DNA of 64,000 bases from a virus (taxonomy: Duplodnaviria; Heunggongvirae; Uroviricota; Caudoviricetes), in IMG/VR virus record IMGVR_UViG_3300033066_001079, positions 13,017 through 77,016 of that record; one strand, 5' to 3'. The translations under genes and the position numbers were made by a program. Below are positions 18,901 to 29,069 of the stretch, one piece after another. The first letter of the stretch is position 1, and every line of letters begins with the position of its first letter. The notes under the pieces are model-generated. The model was not told the origin of the DNA, did no database searches, and saw nothing but the letters and a program-made list of their open reading frames with translations.

Positions 18901-21833
18901 TCTACATTTAGATTATTGACAAAAGTGATAGAGCTTACAGAGATATTGTTCGCCGGAATGAAGTTCCAAAAAGCTGTTTGAGTATCTACATTGGCATTTG
19001 CTATAGTCGTATTGTTTACAATCTTGATGTTTGAAGCGCTTCCGGCAACTTCGTCAACAAAGCTAAAGCATCCGGCGTAGGGTGCTCCGCCGGGAATAAA
19101 GACATTGCTTGCGATTGTAAGTCCGCTAGTATTGCCTGAGACAAGTATGGCCGCAGCGTTGGCTCCTGATTCGAATATATTGGCGTCCATTCGAATATCT
19201 GTAGAAGAGAAAAGCGAGTTGGTTCCCTTGGCTATTCTGCATCCATAAATGCTTGAATCTACAATGTTCTTTAGCTTGAAACAACCATATGTAATTTTAG
19301 GATATCCGTAGATATCTAAGTCGTCTGACTCTTCTGCGTTGTATTCGAAATCGCAAAACTGAATAGACAGCAATGACGAAGTGATAAAATTGAACCCGAA
19401 AGTAAAAGCCCAGTCCTTATTAGAAACTACAGCGATCTTATCATTATCTCCAAATATGCAGCCATTCATAACAACAGAAGTACCACCTGTCATTTCTACA
19501 ATGGTATTGTTAGAGCTATGAAACCGACACTGGTTGAAGTATACCTGCTCCATAAACTCACCTAGAACAGCTTGATCTAGGTTTTTGAATGTACAATTAG
19601 TAAATGTTGTATTTCTAGGACCAATAGATTCGTAAAGATCGCATCCTCTCAATAGAGAAGTAGTTTCGCTTCCTTGGGCATGGTCGTCGTCATCAAAATC
19701 AAATGTAGCATTTGCGCCAAACTGTATGTTTTGGAAATGAACATTCTTAGCATTGATGTTATCTGTAACAAAGAGCGGAAGAGGTTCTGTCCTTGAAAAA
19801 GAACTGTTCGCATGAACTACTACGCCGCCAGTCTCAAGAGTTCGGATTATCACGTTCGGACTATTTATGGCGACTGTACCGCCTAGTGGCAATGTTTGAT
19901 CGTCAGTTGCGTTTGACTTTACTATGTCAAAGATTACCTTACCCTCTGGCTTGTTGTTATCCATCCAAGTCACTGCGTCTTGCATGGTTTGAAACGTATT
20001 TGCAGGCGGCGTTTGCTCTGCCATAATAACCGGAACTCTGGTCCACTCATCAAAGTTGTTTGTAGGATAGTCGTTTACAATAGGCGCTGTAACTGTTTTA
20101 GTAGTTGTGGCCGTAGAACTAACCTTACCATTATGCCATATCTTTAACGTTATCGTAAATGGAGTTCCACCGTTCGCATGCCAGTATGTATAAGCCGCTG
20201 ATATGCCTCTCTGCTTTGAACTTAGCGAGGTATTTCTGATTGCATTTCCATCAGAATCTTGTTTACCATCTACTCGACTATCTGCAAAATAAGTATAGTT
20301 ACGAACATTTGAAGGCGGAGAATTGTCTCCAAAATCCCATTCAAATACGCAGTCTTGTTTGCTTACTCCATTAAATGTGCTGTCATTAGCTGAAACATAA
20401 AGAGTATACGGATACACTTGTTCCGCATCTGACAATACAGTTATAACAGGACTTGGCGTATTATAAAACGTGGTATTGCCTGCTGATGCTTGAGAGAAAG
20501 ATTCCCACCACTCTTGACCAAGTACATAACTTGTCCACTCGTCGCCATCAATATCGTTTAGATATGCATAGTTTTGATCGAATGGCTCTTCTTTTACGTT
20601 AATGACTGGATCGCCAAGGTATTCAGAATCAGAAAGGTCGATTCCGTCAACAGTTGGCTTCTTTACAAGAATCTGGAAACGTTGTCTAGTCGCCCACGGA
20701 GGGCTTGAAGAGTCGTCTCCGTTAGTTACGTTGAACAAGAAGCTTTTTAGACCGCTATCCCACTCCACCGTAACCGTACCAGTCGTAAATGGAATAGGAT
20801 CTGGCTTTGGCGAAGGATCTAGTATTTGAGTTTGCAAGGCAGACTCAAGCGTAACCGCTACTTCTGTCATTGAAGAAGCGCCCATAGTATTGATTCCCTG
20901 TATTAGATACTCAATATTATGAATCTTGACAGAAAAAGCTCCTGAATCTACGTTTTTCCATGATCCGAGTACGTCTTCTTCTTTTTCTCCGCTTGGGAAA
21001 TATCTAAACCTTCCTCTTTGATAGCTTACGCCTAGTCCGCCTCGAAGAATAATACCGTCAGCGCTAGCGGACATTTCAGATAGACAACTATTCATGAAGC
21101 TAACATTTACTGGCTGCCCAATGTATATATCAGTTTCAGAATGATACATAGATGTCATGGCAAAGATTGGCTTGCCATTTGCTATGTCTCTTGTAAACGA
21201 AATCTGGTTTTTGGCAAAAAGACTCCATTCATAAGTAGCAGAATCGCCATTGCCCTTATATCCGTAAACTTGAGGTACGAAGAAATCGCAGAAATCAGAA
21301 ATTGGCCTAGATACATAAACTCCACCAGAGAGTCGCTTATTACAACGATTCTTGGCGGCTAAATAGGCGGTATAGTTTTCATTAAAAAGCGGATCGCTTG
21401 GATTGCTGATATAGTTCGTTATCGTTTCGTAGTCGTCGCTAAAGGACGGAAAAGCAGCAAATCCAATCATCAAGTCAGGACGACTGCTGGCAACCGCTCT
21501 TGCCTTGGCAGTTGTGTATATGTTCTCAAAAGCCTGAAGAGTTGCGTCTACTTCAGAGTCTTGGTAGTTACGAATGTCATACTTTATATGACTGCCAGTA
21601 ACTTCAAAAATCAACATATCCGTGCCTTCGGCTATAGCGCTGATGACACACTCATTGATCAGGTTGGTATCAAGCAAATATGTAAGCTTGTCGCTAAATA
21701 GATTGCTAGTTACAACCTTTGCAAAATGCATTCCATAGGAAGCTTTGAGAGAAGCCGCACTAGGAGCATTGGTAAATCCAAAAGCTTGTATATACTTGAA
21801 CGACATTCTTCCTGCTCTCCTAGCCCATAGCAC
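15984..21833 (-). CDS. giant tail fibre/tailspike-like protein with beta-helix segments and C-terminal FN3 domains
   Basis: 1949-aa ORF. It has repetitive N-x-T/S-rich beta-helix-like stretches (NCTFKNLDQA, VNNTTIANANVDT) and a C-terminal FN3 (YIVYRARIV...YYYKIIAYDVYGNASSPAS). It ends inside the start of another FN3 (APTNVSASADISHGRIRIAWN). Confidence 0.6.
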   Translation of the reverse strand: MLWARRAGRMSFKYIQAFGFTNAPSAASLKASYGMHFAKVVTSNLFSDKLTYLLDTNLINECVISAIAEGTDMLIFEVTGSHIKYDIRNYQDSEVDATLQAFENIYTTAKARAVASSRPDLMIGFAAFPSFSDDYETITNYISNPSDPLFNENYTAYLAAKNRCNKRLSGGVYVSRPISDFCDFFVPQVYGYKGNGDSATYEWSLFAKNQISFTRDIANGKPIFAMTSMYHSETDIYIGQPVNVSFMNSCLSEMSASADGIILRGGLGVSYQRGRFRYFPSGEKEEDVLGSWKNVDSGAFSVKIHNIEYLIQGINTMGASSMTEVAVTLESALQTQILDPSPKPDPIPFTTGTVTVEWDSGLKSFLFNVTNGDDSSSPPWATRQRFQILVKKPTVDGIDLSDSEYLGDPVINVKEEPFDQNYAYLNDIDGDEWTSYVLGQEWWESFSQASAGNTTFYNTPSPVITVLSDAEQVYPYTLYVSANDSTFNGVSKQDCVFEWDFGDNSPPSNVRNYTYFADSRVDGKQDSDGNAIRNTSLSSKQRGISAAYTYWHANGGTPFTITLKIWHNGKVSSTATTTKTVTAPIVNDYPTNNFDEWTRVPVIMAEQTPPANTFQTMQDAVTWMDNNKPEGKVIFDIVKSNATDDQTLPLGGTVAINSPNVIIRTLETGGVVVHANSSFSRTEPLPLFVTDNINAKNVHFQNIQFGANATFDFDDDDHAQGSETTSLLRGCDLYESIGPRNTTFTNCTFKNLDQAVLGEFMEQVYFNQCRFHSSNNTIVEMTGGTSVVMNGCIFGDNDKIAVVSNKDWAFTFGFNFITSSLLSIQFCDFEYNAEESDDLDIYGYPKITYGCFKLKNIVDSSIYGCRIAKGTNSLFSSTDIRMDANIFESGANAAAILVSGNTSGLTIASNVFIPGGAPYAGCFSFVDEVAGSASNIKIVNNTTIANANVDTQTAFWNFIPANNISVSSITFVNNLNVENSSYCVSRWIAIDKLNQFSALKANIWPSRRSDMEFAIADGATKTWSQWKSSKETDATQMNVAVTELPSFFRYKLSYPSYLPLFLQATENPASARDYNDSPKNVFASRVVGAAIPIYVAPSLSSSGFTSTTTIKTRTRSAMSSCQNAFVQVVDPDSTTLDSSGSSVTKPLIKQINSTVSDILKFTTTDANLNASRAFRIKYTGDENSAYIAASFGIMTVSSVDTFVARFIDKDNIPHTLAEIAIADYSLVKELVQAIGIALDGVGVTAQVLGTDEVPTSDLRNTESLEDGYNRWGVCYLQENSVTLGNWIHTSVSVSTVSTGYDLTIVYTNDGPSVQNQGDIAQRMGSLSFDGLYMGRIFAEVDNTNASTAFERRTILGSYDGTPATYPFQKFSPTHNLFNETHAVGICMQQNFVQDKRLTSVSTTAIGDTGYASNVVFGWYGETQADSLNYVNKDCLAYGESYTVKVSVRFSRNPKSWVTTLSPYKSYFAQTFGAVTYMKDPRPVWPAITAVASNGQPLYYQSSYDPANTNPAVHGWAWWANNIKNNYKNLGYERQFMFSPSGLYWNRNVWNYPFSTLAPLFDTTNSYPQSSAGPYTDSCLTKVGDTCIGGSFTVAPSLLKGSLFLLRDAIQEIPVFGFYQGHASVVSPKWNPAYTDLARIADMSNSTTLQYAKSELDLMSYYIKSNILGLDSYFDGFEDLSQSQAYIALVKSLHPHLKLMVNPSPNDVTSLGSMSFLSSYDSSGPITGPHILAEYITPGSEQVAWVYVTNIANTLGSSVSGPMIKNQMASLASWGYCTGPFLDDNNHPANISTETDLFLAADRRFVYDTKPSEYQLLATPSNIMTSISDALVNATYQMRRQCIAITWRQNTEPDFSHYIVYRARIVNGIADLTKPYHAKAYLKSSSFVDNQVFSEKTYYYKIIAYDVYGNASSPASFSVKYIADDPILNAPTNVSASADISHGRIRIAWN

Positions 21834-21902
21834 GGCTACGTAGTTACAAGGGTGCCATGTACTGTATTATCGCCAAAATGAGGCAGGGAATGGCTCGTTG
21901 TT

Positions 21903-21937
21903 AAAAGAAAATACCCAGAAGCCTCAGACTTCTGGGT
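21903..21937 (-). terminator. rho-independent terminator downstream of dut
   Basis: On the minus strand a 9-bp stem (ACCCAGAAG/CTTCTGGGT, loop CCTCAGA) is followed by ATTTTCTTTT. Confidence 0.55.
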
Positions 21938-21963
21938 ACGAGAAAAACTCCGTCTTTCCTCTA

Positions 21964-22512
21964 TCAATTCCCGCTTGAACCAAAGCCTCCGGTTCCTCTG
22001 CTGGAATCCGCAAGCTCTTGGACTTCCCAAAACTTACCCTCTTCTGTTCGGATAATAACAAGTTGGGCTATCTTGTCACCCTTCTTGTATGTTTTTATGT
22101 CTGGCGGAATAGGACGGTGAGCAAAAACTTGACCTGTTTCTTTGTTATGATAGAAATGATCAACAGGCTTAAACCTGACAAGAAGCTCGCCTCGATACCC
22201 ATTGTCCACAAGTCCAATGCTATTAGCTAGAACTAAATCGTACTTACTTATGCTTGAACGGGGCCAAATCTGAGTATGAAAACCTTCAGAAGGTTCTATA
22301 GCCAAGCCTGTACGATACTGCATATATCCGTCATCAGATACAGTACCATTGTCAATGGCTACCAAATCATATCCTGCATCTCCCTCTTTAGCTCTTGCCG
22401 GGAGAACTGCGTCTGGGTGTAGTTTTTGAACTTTTATCTTGCACTTCTTAAAGACTTCTAACGCTACCGGATCTGCCATGTTCTTCATTCGTCTTCCTTT
22501 CTTTATCCACAC
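21964..22512 (-). CDS. dut: dUTP diphosphatase (dUTPase)
   Basis: Motifs DAGYDL, PRSS and GLVDNGYRGEL are present. The true start is probably an internal ATG at 22488 or 22479, with AAAGGAAGA upstream. Confidence 0.85.
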   Translation of the reverse strand: MWIKKGRRMKNMADPVALEVFKKCKIKVQKLHPDAVLPARAKEGDAGYDLVAIDNGTVSDDGYMQYRTGLAIEPSEGFHTQIWPRSSISKYDLVLANSIGLVDNGYRGELLVRFKPVDHFYHNKETGQVFAHRPIPPDIKTYKKGDKIAQLVIIRTEEGKFWEVQELADSSRGTGGFGSSGN

Positions 22513-25025
22513 TTGCTACTTCCGCAACCCTTACAAGTCATACATCCTTCTTGGCGGATTACTTCGGTGCTTCCGCAGCTTTCGCATGTATAACCGCTAA
22601 CCTTCGTTCCGTCTGCAATGTACTTCTTCAAAACCCTTGCCATAGCCTTACCGAAGTTTGTCATATCTCCCGGAGACTTTTCAAGCTGATCAACAACATA
22701 GCTGATGTCTGAACCGTGTCGCAATGACAGGCTCAAAAGGCGAGTAATTACAGCTTGTTCGTCTGTAAGCAAATCGCATAGGTTTTCTACAGTAGTGCCG
22801 TCTTCGGCTTCCAAAACATAATGACCTCTCTTATGCTTGAGTAGCGTACCCTTCTTTGCATGGGTAATGCAGCCATTGCGACCAGCAAAGACCTCGTAAG
22901 GATTACCGTCCAATAGACCAACGATAACAAAGAAGTCTTCGCCTCTAGACTTGGTATGATGAATGTCGCAAGAAAGAGCCTTCGGACGCTTAGGAGCATG
23001 AGTCTTCTGGATCGTTTCTTTTTTCTTCGTACCGACCGCAACAAGAACTCCGTCTCTACAGCCTTCTCGGTAAACCGTGAAACCCTTGCAGCCTTTCTCC
23101 CAAGCTCTCATGTAGACTTGAGCAACAACTTCCTTTGGACAATCATTAGGAACATTGCAAGTCTTGCTGATAGCATGGCATACCCACTTTTGGGCTGCGG
23201 CTTGAAGATCTACGCTTGCTACCCAATCAACATCATTAGCTGTTGCCTTGTAATAAGGAGAGTCTTTGTAGAACTCAAGATCGTCTACGCTCTTGTATTC
23301 TGCCGCCTTTGACTCGTCAAAGGTGTGACCGTTGACTTGCATCCATGTCTTGAAGTGGTGATGGAAAACAGGATAGGCCTGCCACTTGTCTCCCATGTCG
23401 TCAACTCGGTCAACTCTCGTGTTCTGATCGTTGGGGTTGATTTTCTTCCAACGAAGATAGAATACCATGAATGCAGACTCAATTCCGCTGGTAGATTGAG
23501 TTAGAGTAGATCCTGAACCAACGGGAGCGGTAGTGGTGTTAGCAATGTTGCGACGGCCATACTTCTGGTAAAGTTCATACACGTCCGGAGCGGCGTCCCA
23601 AATTCTTTGCAAGAATGGATGACCCTTCTCAAGGGCTGCATTCCAAATAGGGAATGGGCCTCGTTCCTTTGCCAAAATACAAGAAGAACGGTACGAGCCA
23701 ATAGCCAAAGTCTTGTATATAGCCTCGGTTATATCAATGGACTCCTTCGAGCCATAGCGAACTCCCAAAGCAGCTATAGCGTCTCCTAGAGCCGTAATTC
23801 CAAGCCCTGTACGACGACCATTGACGCACGCCTCTCGGATGTTATGCCACATCTTTCGCTCGGCATACTTGGCGTCCTCTGTCTCAGGGTCGGAATCAAT
23901 TTTGGCAATAATCTTGTCGATTTGCTCAATCTCAATGTCGATCATGTCGTCCATAAGACGCTGAGCAATCTCCGCAATCTTCTCGAACTTCTCGAAGTCA
24001 AATCGAGCATTCTTGGTAAACGGATTGATAACAAACGAGTAGAGATTGATGCATACTAAGCGGCAAGAGTCGTATGCGCTAAGAATGATTTCTCCGCACG
24101 GATTCGTGGATATGCTCTCATATCCATACTGCTTGTAAATATCAGATGGAGTATACTTCTGCGCAGTATCCCAAAACAATATTCCGGGTTCAGCGCTTTG
24201 CCAAGCTGCGTCAATGATTTCGTTCCAAATAGCAGTAGCGTCTTCAAGAGCGGTTATCTTTGGAGTCTTTGAATTGACAGGCCAACGAAGCTCAACATTG
24301 GTTGAATTCTTAACTGCATTCATGAACTCGTCAGACAAGCGAATAGAGATGTTCGCCCCTGTTACTTTCTTCTTGTCTTTCTTGATGTTGATAAATGTAC
24401 GGATCTCAGGATGGTGCGAGGAGATCGAAAGCATCAAAGCTCCGCGACGACCATTCTGAGCTACTTCTCTACAGGTGTTTGAGAAGCGATCCATGAACAC
24501 GCCAATACCGTCAGTGGTTCTAGCTGCATTCTTGGTTTCTACGCCTTTTGGCCTAATTTTACTGATATCGAAGCCAACGCCGCCTCTTCGCTTCATAATC
24601 TGAGCTTGTTCTTGATCGGTCTTGAGGATGCCTCCATAGCTATCTTCAGGCGATGGAACAACAAAGCAGTTAGAACACGATTGTATTTGATAATCATTGC
24701 CAATGGCACTCATAGGAGAGCCTTGAGGAATGATCCATTGAAACTGATCGAAGTAAGAAAAGATTTCTTCTTCGCTCAACGGATTGGCGTACTTTTTCTC
24801 AATTCTAGCAAACTCTTTCGCAAGCCTCCGATGCATCTGACGAGGCGACTTCTCTAAAATGTTTCCTTTGTCGTCTCGCAAGGCGTACTTGCTTATAAAC
24901 ACGCTTGCTGCTAATTCGTCGCCTCGAAAATACTCAACTGATTCCTTGAAAGCTTCTTCGTAAGTGTAAGTCGTCGTTGCTTTATCATTTGTCACCTCGT
25001 CCATAATCATCATTTGCGTCTCCAA
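22503..25025 (-). CDS. nrdJ: ribonucleotide reductase, class II (adenosylcobalamin-type, NrdJ-like)
   Basis: 840 aa with the active-site motif NPCGEI and a C-terminal Cys cluster (CESCGSTEVIRQEGCMTCKGCGSSKCG) typical of monomeric class II RNR. Confidence 0.8.
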   Translation of the reverse strand: METQMMIMDEVTNDKATTTYTYEEAFKESVEYFRGDELAASVFISKYALRDDKGNILEKSPRQMHRRLAKEFARIEKKYANPLSEEEIFSYFDQFQWIIPQGSPMSAIGNDYQIQSCSNCFVVPSPEDSYGGILKTDQEQAQIMKRRGGVGFDISKIRPKGVETKNAARTTDGIGVFMDRFSNTCREVAQNGRRGALMLSISSHHPEIRTFINIKKDKKKVTGANISIRLSDEFMNAVKNSTNVELRWPVNSKTPKITALEDATAIWNEIIDAAWQSAEPGILFWDTAQKYTPSDIYKQYGYESISTNPCGEIILSAYDSCRLVCINLYSFVINPFTKNARFDFEKFEKIAEIAQRLMDDMIDIEIEQIDKIIAKIDSDPETEDAKYAERKMWHNIREACVNGRRTGLGITALGDAIAALGVRYGSKESIDITEAIYKTLAIGSYRSSCILAKERGPFPIWNAALEKGHPFLQRIWDAAPDVYELYQKYGRRNIANTTTAPVGSGSTLTQSTSGIESAFMVFYLRWKKINPNDQNTRVDRVDDMGDKWQAYPVFHHHFKTWMQVNGHTFDESKAAEYKSVDDLEFYKDSPYYKATANDVDWVASVDLQAAAQKWVCHAISKTCNVPNDCPKEVVAQVYMRAWEKGCKGFTVYREGCRDGVLVAVGTKKKETIQKTHAPKRPKALSCDIHHTKSRGEDFFVIVGLLDGNPYEVFAGRNGCITHAKKGTLLKHKRGHYVLEAEDGTTVENLCDLLTDEQAVITRLLSLSLRHGSDISYVVDQLEKSPGDMTNFGKAMARVLKKYIADGTKVSGYTCESCGSTEVIRQEGCMTCKGCGSSKCG

Positions 25026-25118
25026 AAAGTGTTTAGCGTAACGACTATGTTCTAATCGACAGGATAGCGTTCCTTCCTATGAAAGAATTAAGCCATTATC
25101 GCCTACACTACAAGCTAT

Positions 25119-26501
25119 TTATAAGTCTTCCGGATTGATAGAATCCGGTTCTGCGCCAAGGAATTCTTCCAAAGAATTGCCAGACGACTGCGTGAATCCA
25201 AAGCCCTTACCCTTACCTTGCAACTGTGCATAGGAAGAATAATCCTTGTGCTTAACTTCTTTGATCGCTTCGTCAAAGTGTTGCTTCTTGAGAAGGAGTT
25301 TATCTCCTTCAATAGAAGACGCTCGAACAGCAAACATTGCTGTAGTCGTACACAAGTCTTTGATATGCGCGCCAGTCAACCCTTCGAGGGATTCGGCCAG
25401 CTTCTTGACTCTAACCTTCGGATCAAGAATGAAGTTTCGAGTGAACTGTCGAATCATCTTCTCTCGGCCCTTTTCGTCAGGCTTGTCGATCTTGATAAGT
25501 CTATCAAATCGACCGGGACGATTCTTGACAGCATCTTCCAACTCTTCGAGACAGTTGGTTGTTCCGAGAGTGATTACGTCACCGAAGCTCTCGATTCCGT
25601 CCAACTGGTTCATAAGCTCCATGACGAAGCCAGCATTGCCTTGATGCCTGTTCTGAGCGATCCAGTCTATGTCTTCTACAATCAAAAGACATGGGGCCAA
25701 GTCTTTTGCCATATGGCAGACCTTGCGTACTCCGCCTCGATTTGAGGCGAAATCCGTAGGCAAAGCATACAAGACCGAGAAGTTTGCGTCCTTAGCTAGG
25801 CAGCGGCAAACTTGCGTCTTTCCAGTCCCGGGAGGCCCATAAAGGATAATACCTCTCTTAACTGGGAGATTGAATCTCTTGAATGCCTCTCGCATCTCAA
25901 AGAGATCGTTGACGTTAGCTTTGATAACGTCTGTTACTCCGTCAGATAGGATTACGTCGTCCCAAGAAAGATTGTCTAGCTTCAGAAAGCGACAATCGCA
26001 ATCGATCTTCTTTCCCTTGTATAGATTCTTCTCGTCCGCAAGCTTGGTTAGCCCCTGATAGACGTTGCTCTTCTTATCTGAAGAATGGATAGTATAGAAG
26101 AAACCGCCGTTGTGTCCAGCGGTAACTTCCATGACCAACTTCTCTTTAGTCTTCTTGTTCTCGTAGAAGACTGTAGCCTCTTTGTAGGCTCGAATAAAAA
26201 CGTCAGGAGACGTTTCAATCTCCATCATGGTCGGAGGCTGCTGATTGAGGTAGCCGAAGCTTACTTCTTTGACGAGGGTATAGCCATTCGTGTCAAAGAA
26301 CTCTTTCCAGATGTATTGGATCTTGCGATGTTGATAGTCGGAAAGCGTTTCCGAATCGCTTGTCGATCTTTCGGTCGTGCCGAAAAACTCATTGAAGGCG
26401 ACTTCTCTGAGCGTATCCGACTCGGCGCTCATGAGCGCTATAACATAGTCATGAAGAGTACACTCGGAGAGCTTGATGTCTTTGAGAGAGGAGTTTTGCA
26501 T
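25119..26501 (-). CDS. AAA+ ATPase (classic clade) with N-terminal domain
   Basis: Walker A is ILYGPPGTGKTQ, Walker B is LLIVEDIDW and sensor-2 is RPGRFDRLI. It is paralogous to the GC-rich AAA+ at 53694..55409. Confidence 0.75.
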   Translation of the reverse strand: MQNSSLKDIKLSECTLHDYVIALMSAESDTLREVAFNEFFGTTERSTSDSETLSDYQHRKIQYIWKEFFDTNGYTLVKEVSFGYLNQQPPTMMEIETSPDVFIRAYKEATVFYENKKTKEKLVMEVTAGHNGGFFYTIHSSDKKSNVYQGLTKLADEKNLYKGKKIDCDCRFLKLDNLSWDDVILSDGVTDVIKANVNDLFEMREAFKRFNLPVKRGIILYGPPGTGKTQVCRCLAKDANFSVLYALPTDFASNRGGVRKVCHMAKDLAPCLLIVEDIDWIAQNRHQGNAGFVMELMNQLDGIESFGDVITLGTTNCLEELEDAVKNRPGRFDRLIKIDKPDEKGREKMIRQFTRNFILDPKVRVKKLAESLEGLTGAHIKDLCTTTAMFAVRASSIEGDKLLLKKQHFDEAIKEVKHKDYSSYAQLQGKGKGFGFTQSSGNSLEEFLGAEPDSINPEDL

Positions 26502-26551
26502 ACCGCAGCATCGGCATGCGCTACCCGACTATCAAGACAAAATCACTCGCC

Positions 26552-27733
26552 TCAGATATTGTCTTTTTCGTCTCTCGTCTTTGTTGCGTAAAGATGGAAG
26601 AACGGCTCAATCAGCTTGTCAACCGACAACTCGGAACCGTTGGGTTGGCGACGAACAAAGTCAATAACAGCGCACAGCTTATCGTCCAGTGGAACCTTAG
26701 CGGCTCCTGCCCCTCTGCGACCGCCGCCATGCTTCTTTCCAAAGATTCGCTGGACAAACTGCTGAACATTGATTGCCAAGACTTGCGTTCGGAAAGACGC
26801 AATCAAATACTTGGGCTTATCAAATCCGGCGTCAACAAGGCCCATAACAAGAGCGCTGTCAATAGACTCAATCTCAAGCATTTCTTCGCAGAGCTTGGCG
26901 AGCAACGCTCTCTGTTGCGGATTGATAAGACCAACTGATGCAATCGTCAGGTTATTACCGCAGATGATAACATTAGAATATGCTCTACGACGAAGTTCCA
27001 ACAAAGCAAGAGGCTTAGGATAGTCGTAAATCTTTCTCAGAAGCTCAACATCAACCAGACTCTTGAGCGTCTCAAGAGCAACTCTATCGTTCTCTGTTGT
27101 TCCTTCTGACTTTAGATCAGCAGTATCAGTAGAGATTCCCAAGTAAAGCGCTGTTGCCAACGCCTTCATGCCAGTAGCGCCTGCGTCCAAGATCTTGAGA
27201 TCATTCATAATCTCATAGAGAATGGTTGAACAAGAGCCATACGCCTTATGGATGTATACGCAATCAAGAGAAGGGTTAGGCGAGTGGTGATCAATAACCA
27301 CATCGGCCTTGCGATCCTTATCAATGAACGCAGCAATACCTGTATTGTTTTCCTTGCCGAATCCACAGCTAGTATCAACAACAACTACATAGCTCTTTTC
27401 AAGAGCATTTCTAATAAGCTGAGCAGATTCTTCTTCATTATCCTCGTCAATCTCAAGCTTGATGGCGTTGATATTGAGGACATTCATCATAACACTATTT
27501 TGGGTGTAGGGAATTTCTCCGCCGTAGTAGATTGTAGAAGTAAGACCATAGCTATCCGCAATCATAGAAACTGCCATTGCGGAAGCAATACAGTCAGGAT
27601 CGGGTTGGTCATGACAGATAATGGCTACAGAGTTCTTCTGCTTACTTTCAAACAACTTGATAAGACCTTCAGCGGCCTTCTTATCAAGAGTTGTGATTTC
27701 TGACTGTTCCATCGTTGCCAAACCAGCTTTCAT
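26552..27733 (-). CDS. DHH-DHHA1 family phosphoesterase (NrnA-like)
   Basis: DHH motifs are present: ICHDQPDPDC, VVDTS and VVIDHHSPN. The DHHA1 GGGH-like motif is KHGGGRRGAG. The ATG overlaps the upstream stop as ATGA. Confidence 0.7.
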   Translation of the reverse strand: MKAGLATMEQSEITTLDKKAAEGLIKLFESKQKNSVAIICHDQPDPDCIASAMAVSMIADSYGLTSTIYYGGEIPYTQNSVMMNVLNINAIKLEIDEDNEEESAQLIRNALEKSYVVVVDTSCGFGKENNTGIAAFIDKDRKADVVIDHHSPNPSLDCVYIHKAYGSCSTILYEIMNDLKILDAGATGMKALATALYLGISTDTADLKSEGTTENDRVALETLKSLVDVELLRKIYDYPKPLALLELRRRAYSNVIICGNNLTIASVGLINPQQRALLAKLCEEMLEIESIDSALVMGLVDAGFDKPKYLIASFRTQVLAINVQQFVQRIFGKKHGGGRRGAGAAKVPLDDKLCAVIDFVRRQPNGSELSVDKLIEPFFHLYATKTRDEKDNI

Positions 27734-28383
27734 AGTAATCGTCCTAATCTCACCAAATGAGGCTCTTTATTGGCCTTTGTTCGCTCGATAGCTTCCTCTA
27801 ATCCTATTCGAGGCCAATAAGGAACATCGCCACAATTCAATACGGGAATAGGGCATTCACGGTTCACCCATTCCATTGCTCCTAGAAAATTCGCTAGCGT
27901 CTGATCAGAATGATGTTTATTGATTCCATAGAAGTCAGTCCTGTCGCTTTTGTATTTGCAATCGACACCGAGAAATACAATGGCAGAACAACCTAAAGCA
28001 TTTGCTAGCTGAGCAGATAAAGCGGCTGTACATCCGCCTCCGTGAAGAATGGCAGGATTATGACAAAACCTAAAAGGCCCATGCACTAGCTCGAAATGAC
28101 TAAACAATCCCTCAGAGTCGATATCTCTTCTTGTTATTTTCGCGCACCCAAGAGTTCTCAAATCCTCATAACAATCGTCATGCAAAGACTCGTCCTGCCA
28201 CATCAATATGGTAGGAAGCAACAATCGGAACGCTCGATTTATGCCAATGGTAAACAACCCGTCTAGTAGATCTAGGTTGTTCTCTGTCAAAGAAGGCCCA
28301 TTACCGATAACAAAAGCAACTTCGCCTCGAAGCCGATTGCTCCATGCGTTCACTGGGAACTTGGTTGACTTTCTAAAGTTCAT
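27730..28383 (-). CDS. GT42/DUF115-like (sialyltransferase/Maf-fold) protein, paralog 1
   Basis: Motifs GNGPSL, TIGINR, ILMWQD and GGGCTAALSAQLANALGCSAIVFLGVDCKY align with Campylobacter Cst-II (AGNGPSL...FRCNQ...CAVAIALGYKEIYLSGIDFY). The start is placed at the ATG at 28383, which forms an ATGA overlap with the upstream stop. The ORF-track start at 28401 would overlap by 22 nt. Confidence 0.55.
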   Translation of the reverse strand: MNFRKSTKFPVNAWSNRLRGEVAFVIGNGPSLTENNLDLLDGLFTIGINRAFRLLLPTILMWQDESLHDDCYEDLRTLGCAKITRRDIDSEGLFSHFELVHGPFRFCHNPAILHGGGCTAALSAQLANALGCSAIVFLGVDCKYKSDRTDFYGINKHHSDQTLANFLGAMEWVNRECPIPVLNCGDVPYWPRIGLEEAIERTKANKEPHLVRLGRLL

Positions 28384-29069
28384 ACAAGAAACTGATTCCA
28401 ATACTCTCGGCTCTGCTTATGCTTCTGGTCCAGAGACGCAACAACTTCTGCAAGAGGCTTCCGTTCAAAATAGTCATTATCCGAACAACTGATAATCTTA
28501 CGAATACCCTTATCGTGAACTTCCGTCCTTGCCCATTGCAATCCTGCTACGCATTGCGGCATGGTATTCGGACTATGGAATCTATTTACACCATAGAAAT
28601 CCGTATCAGAGCCTCTGTGTTTGCAGTCAGACCCCAATATGATAATCGGATTACAACCGAGTATATATGCAAGCTGAATAGCCAAAGGCCCGCTAGCTCC
28701 ATGCCCATGCAAAACATCTACGCTTTGAGGCAGAGCAAAAGGACCGGCTTCTAAACGGAAATGCGCAAAACGGTTCTCTGGATCTCCCACAGCAGTACAA
28801 AACTTGATAGCCTTAGTTTCTACAACTTCATGTCTCTCGGTGTACCAGAGTCCGAGATCTTGCCACATGAGGATTGTACTATCAAGCTTCTTAAACGAGC
28901 GATTTATCCCGATTGTAAAATAAGAAGACAAAGAGGCAACGTCCTCGTCGTTTAGGGACGGCCCATTGCCCAGCACGAATGCTGGTACATCAATGAGCTT
29001 ATCCTTCCACTTACGGACATCGCCTCTTTGTCTTACCGAAGAATACCTTAATGGACGGCCACCGCTCAC
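28380..29069 (-). CDS. GT42/DUF115-like (sialyltransferase/Maf-fold) protein, paralog 2
   Basis: Motifs GNGPSL, TIGINR, ILMWQD and GHGASGPLAIQLAYILGCNPIIILGSDCKH. The start is placed at the GTG at 29069, which forms a GTGA overlap with the HNH stop. The ORF-track start at 29174 would overlap the HNH gene by 109 nt. There is no in-frame ATG before the conserved region. Confidence 0.5.
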   Translation of the reverse strand: MSGGRPLRYSSVRQRGDVRKWKDKLIDVPAFVLGNGPSLNDEDVASLSSYFTIGINRSFKKLDSTILMWQDLGLWYTERHEVVETKAIKFCTAVGDPENRFAHFRLEAGPFALPQSVDVLHGHGASGPLAIQLAYILGCNPIIILGSDCKHRGSDTDFYGVNRFHSPNTMPQCVAGLQWARTEVHDKGIRKIISCSDNDYFERKPLAEVVASLDQKHKQSREYWNQFLV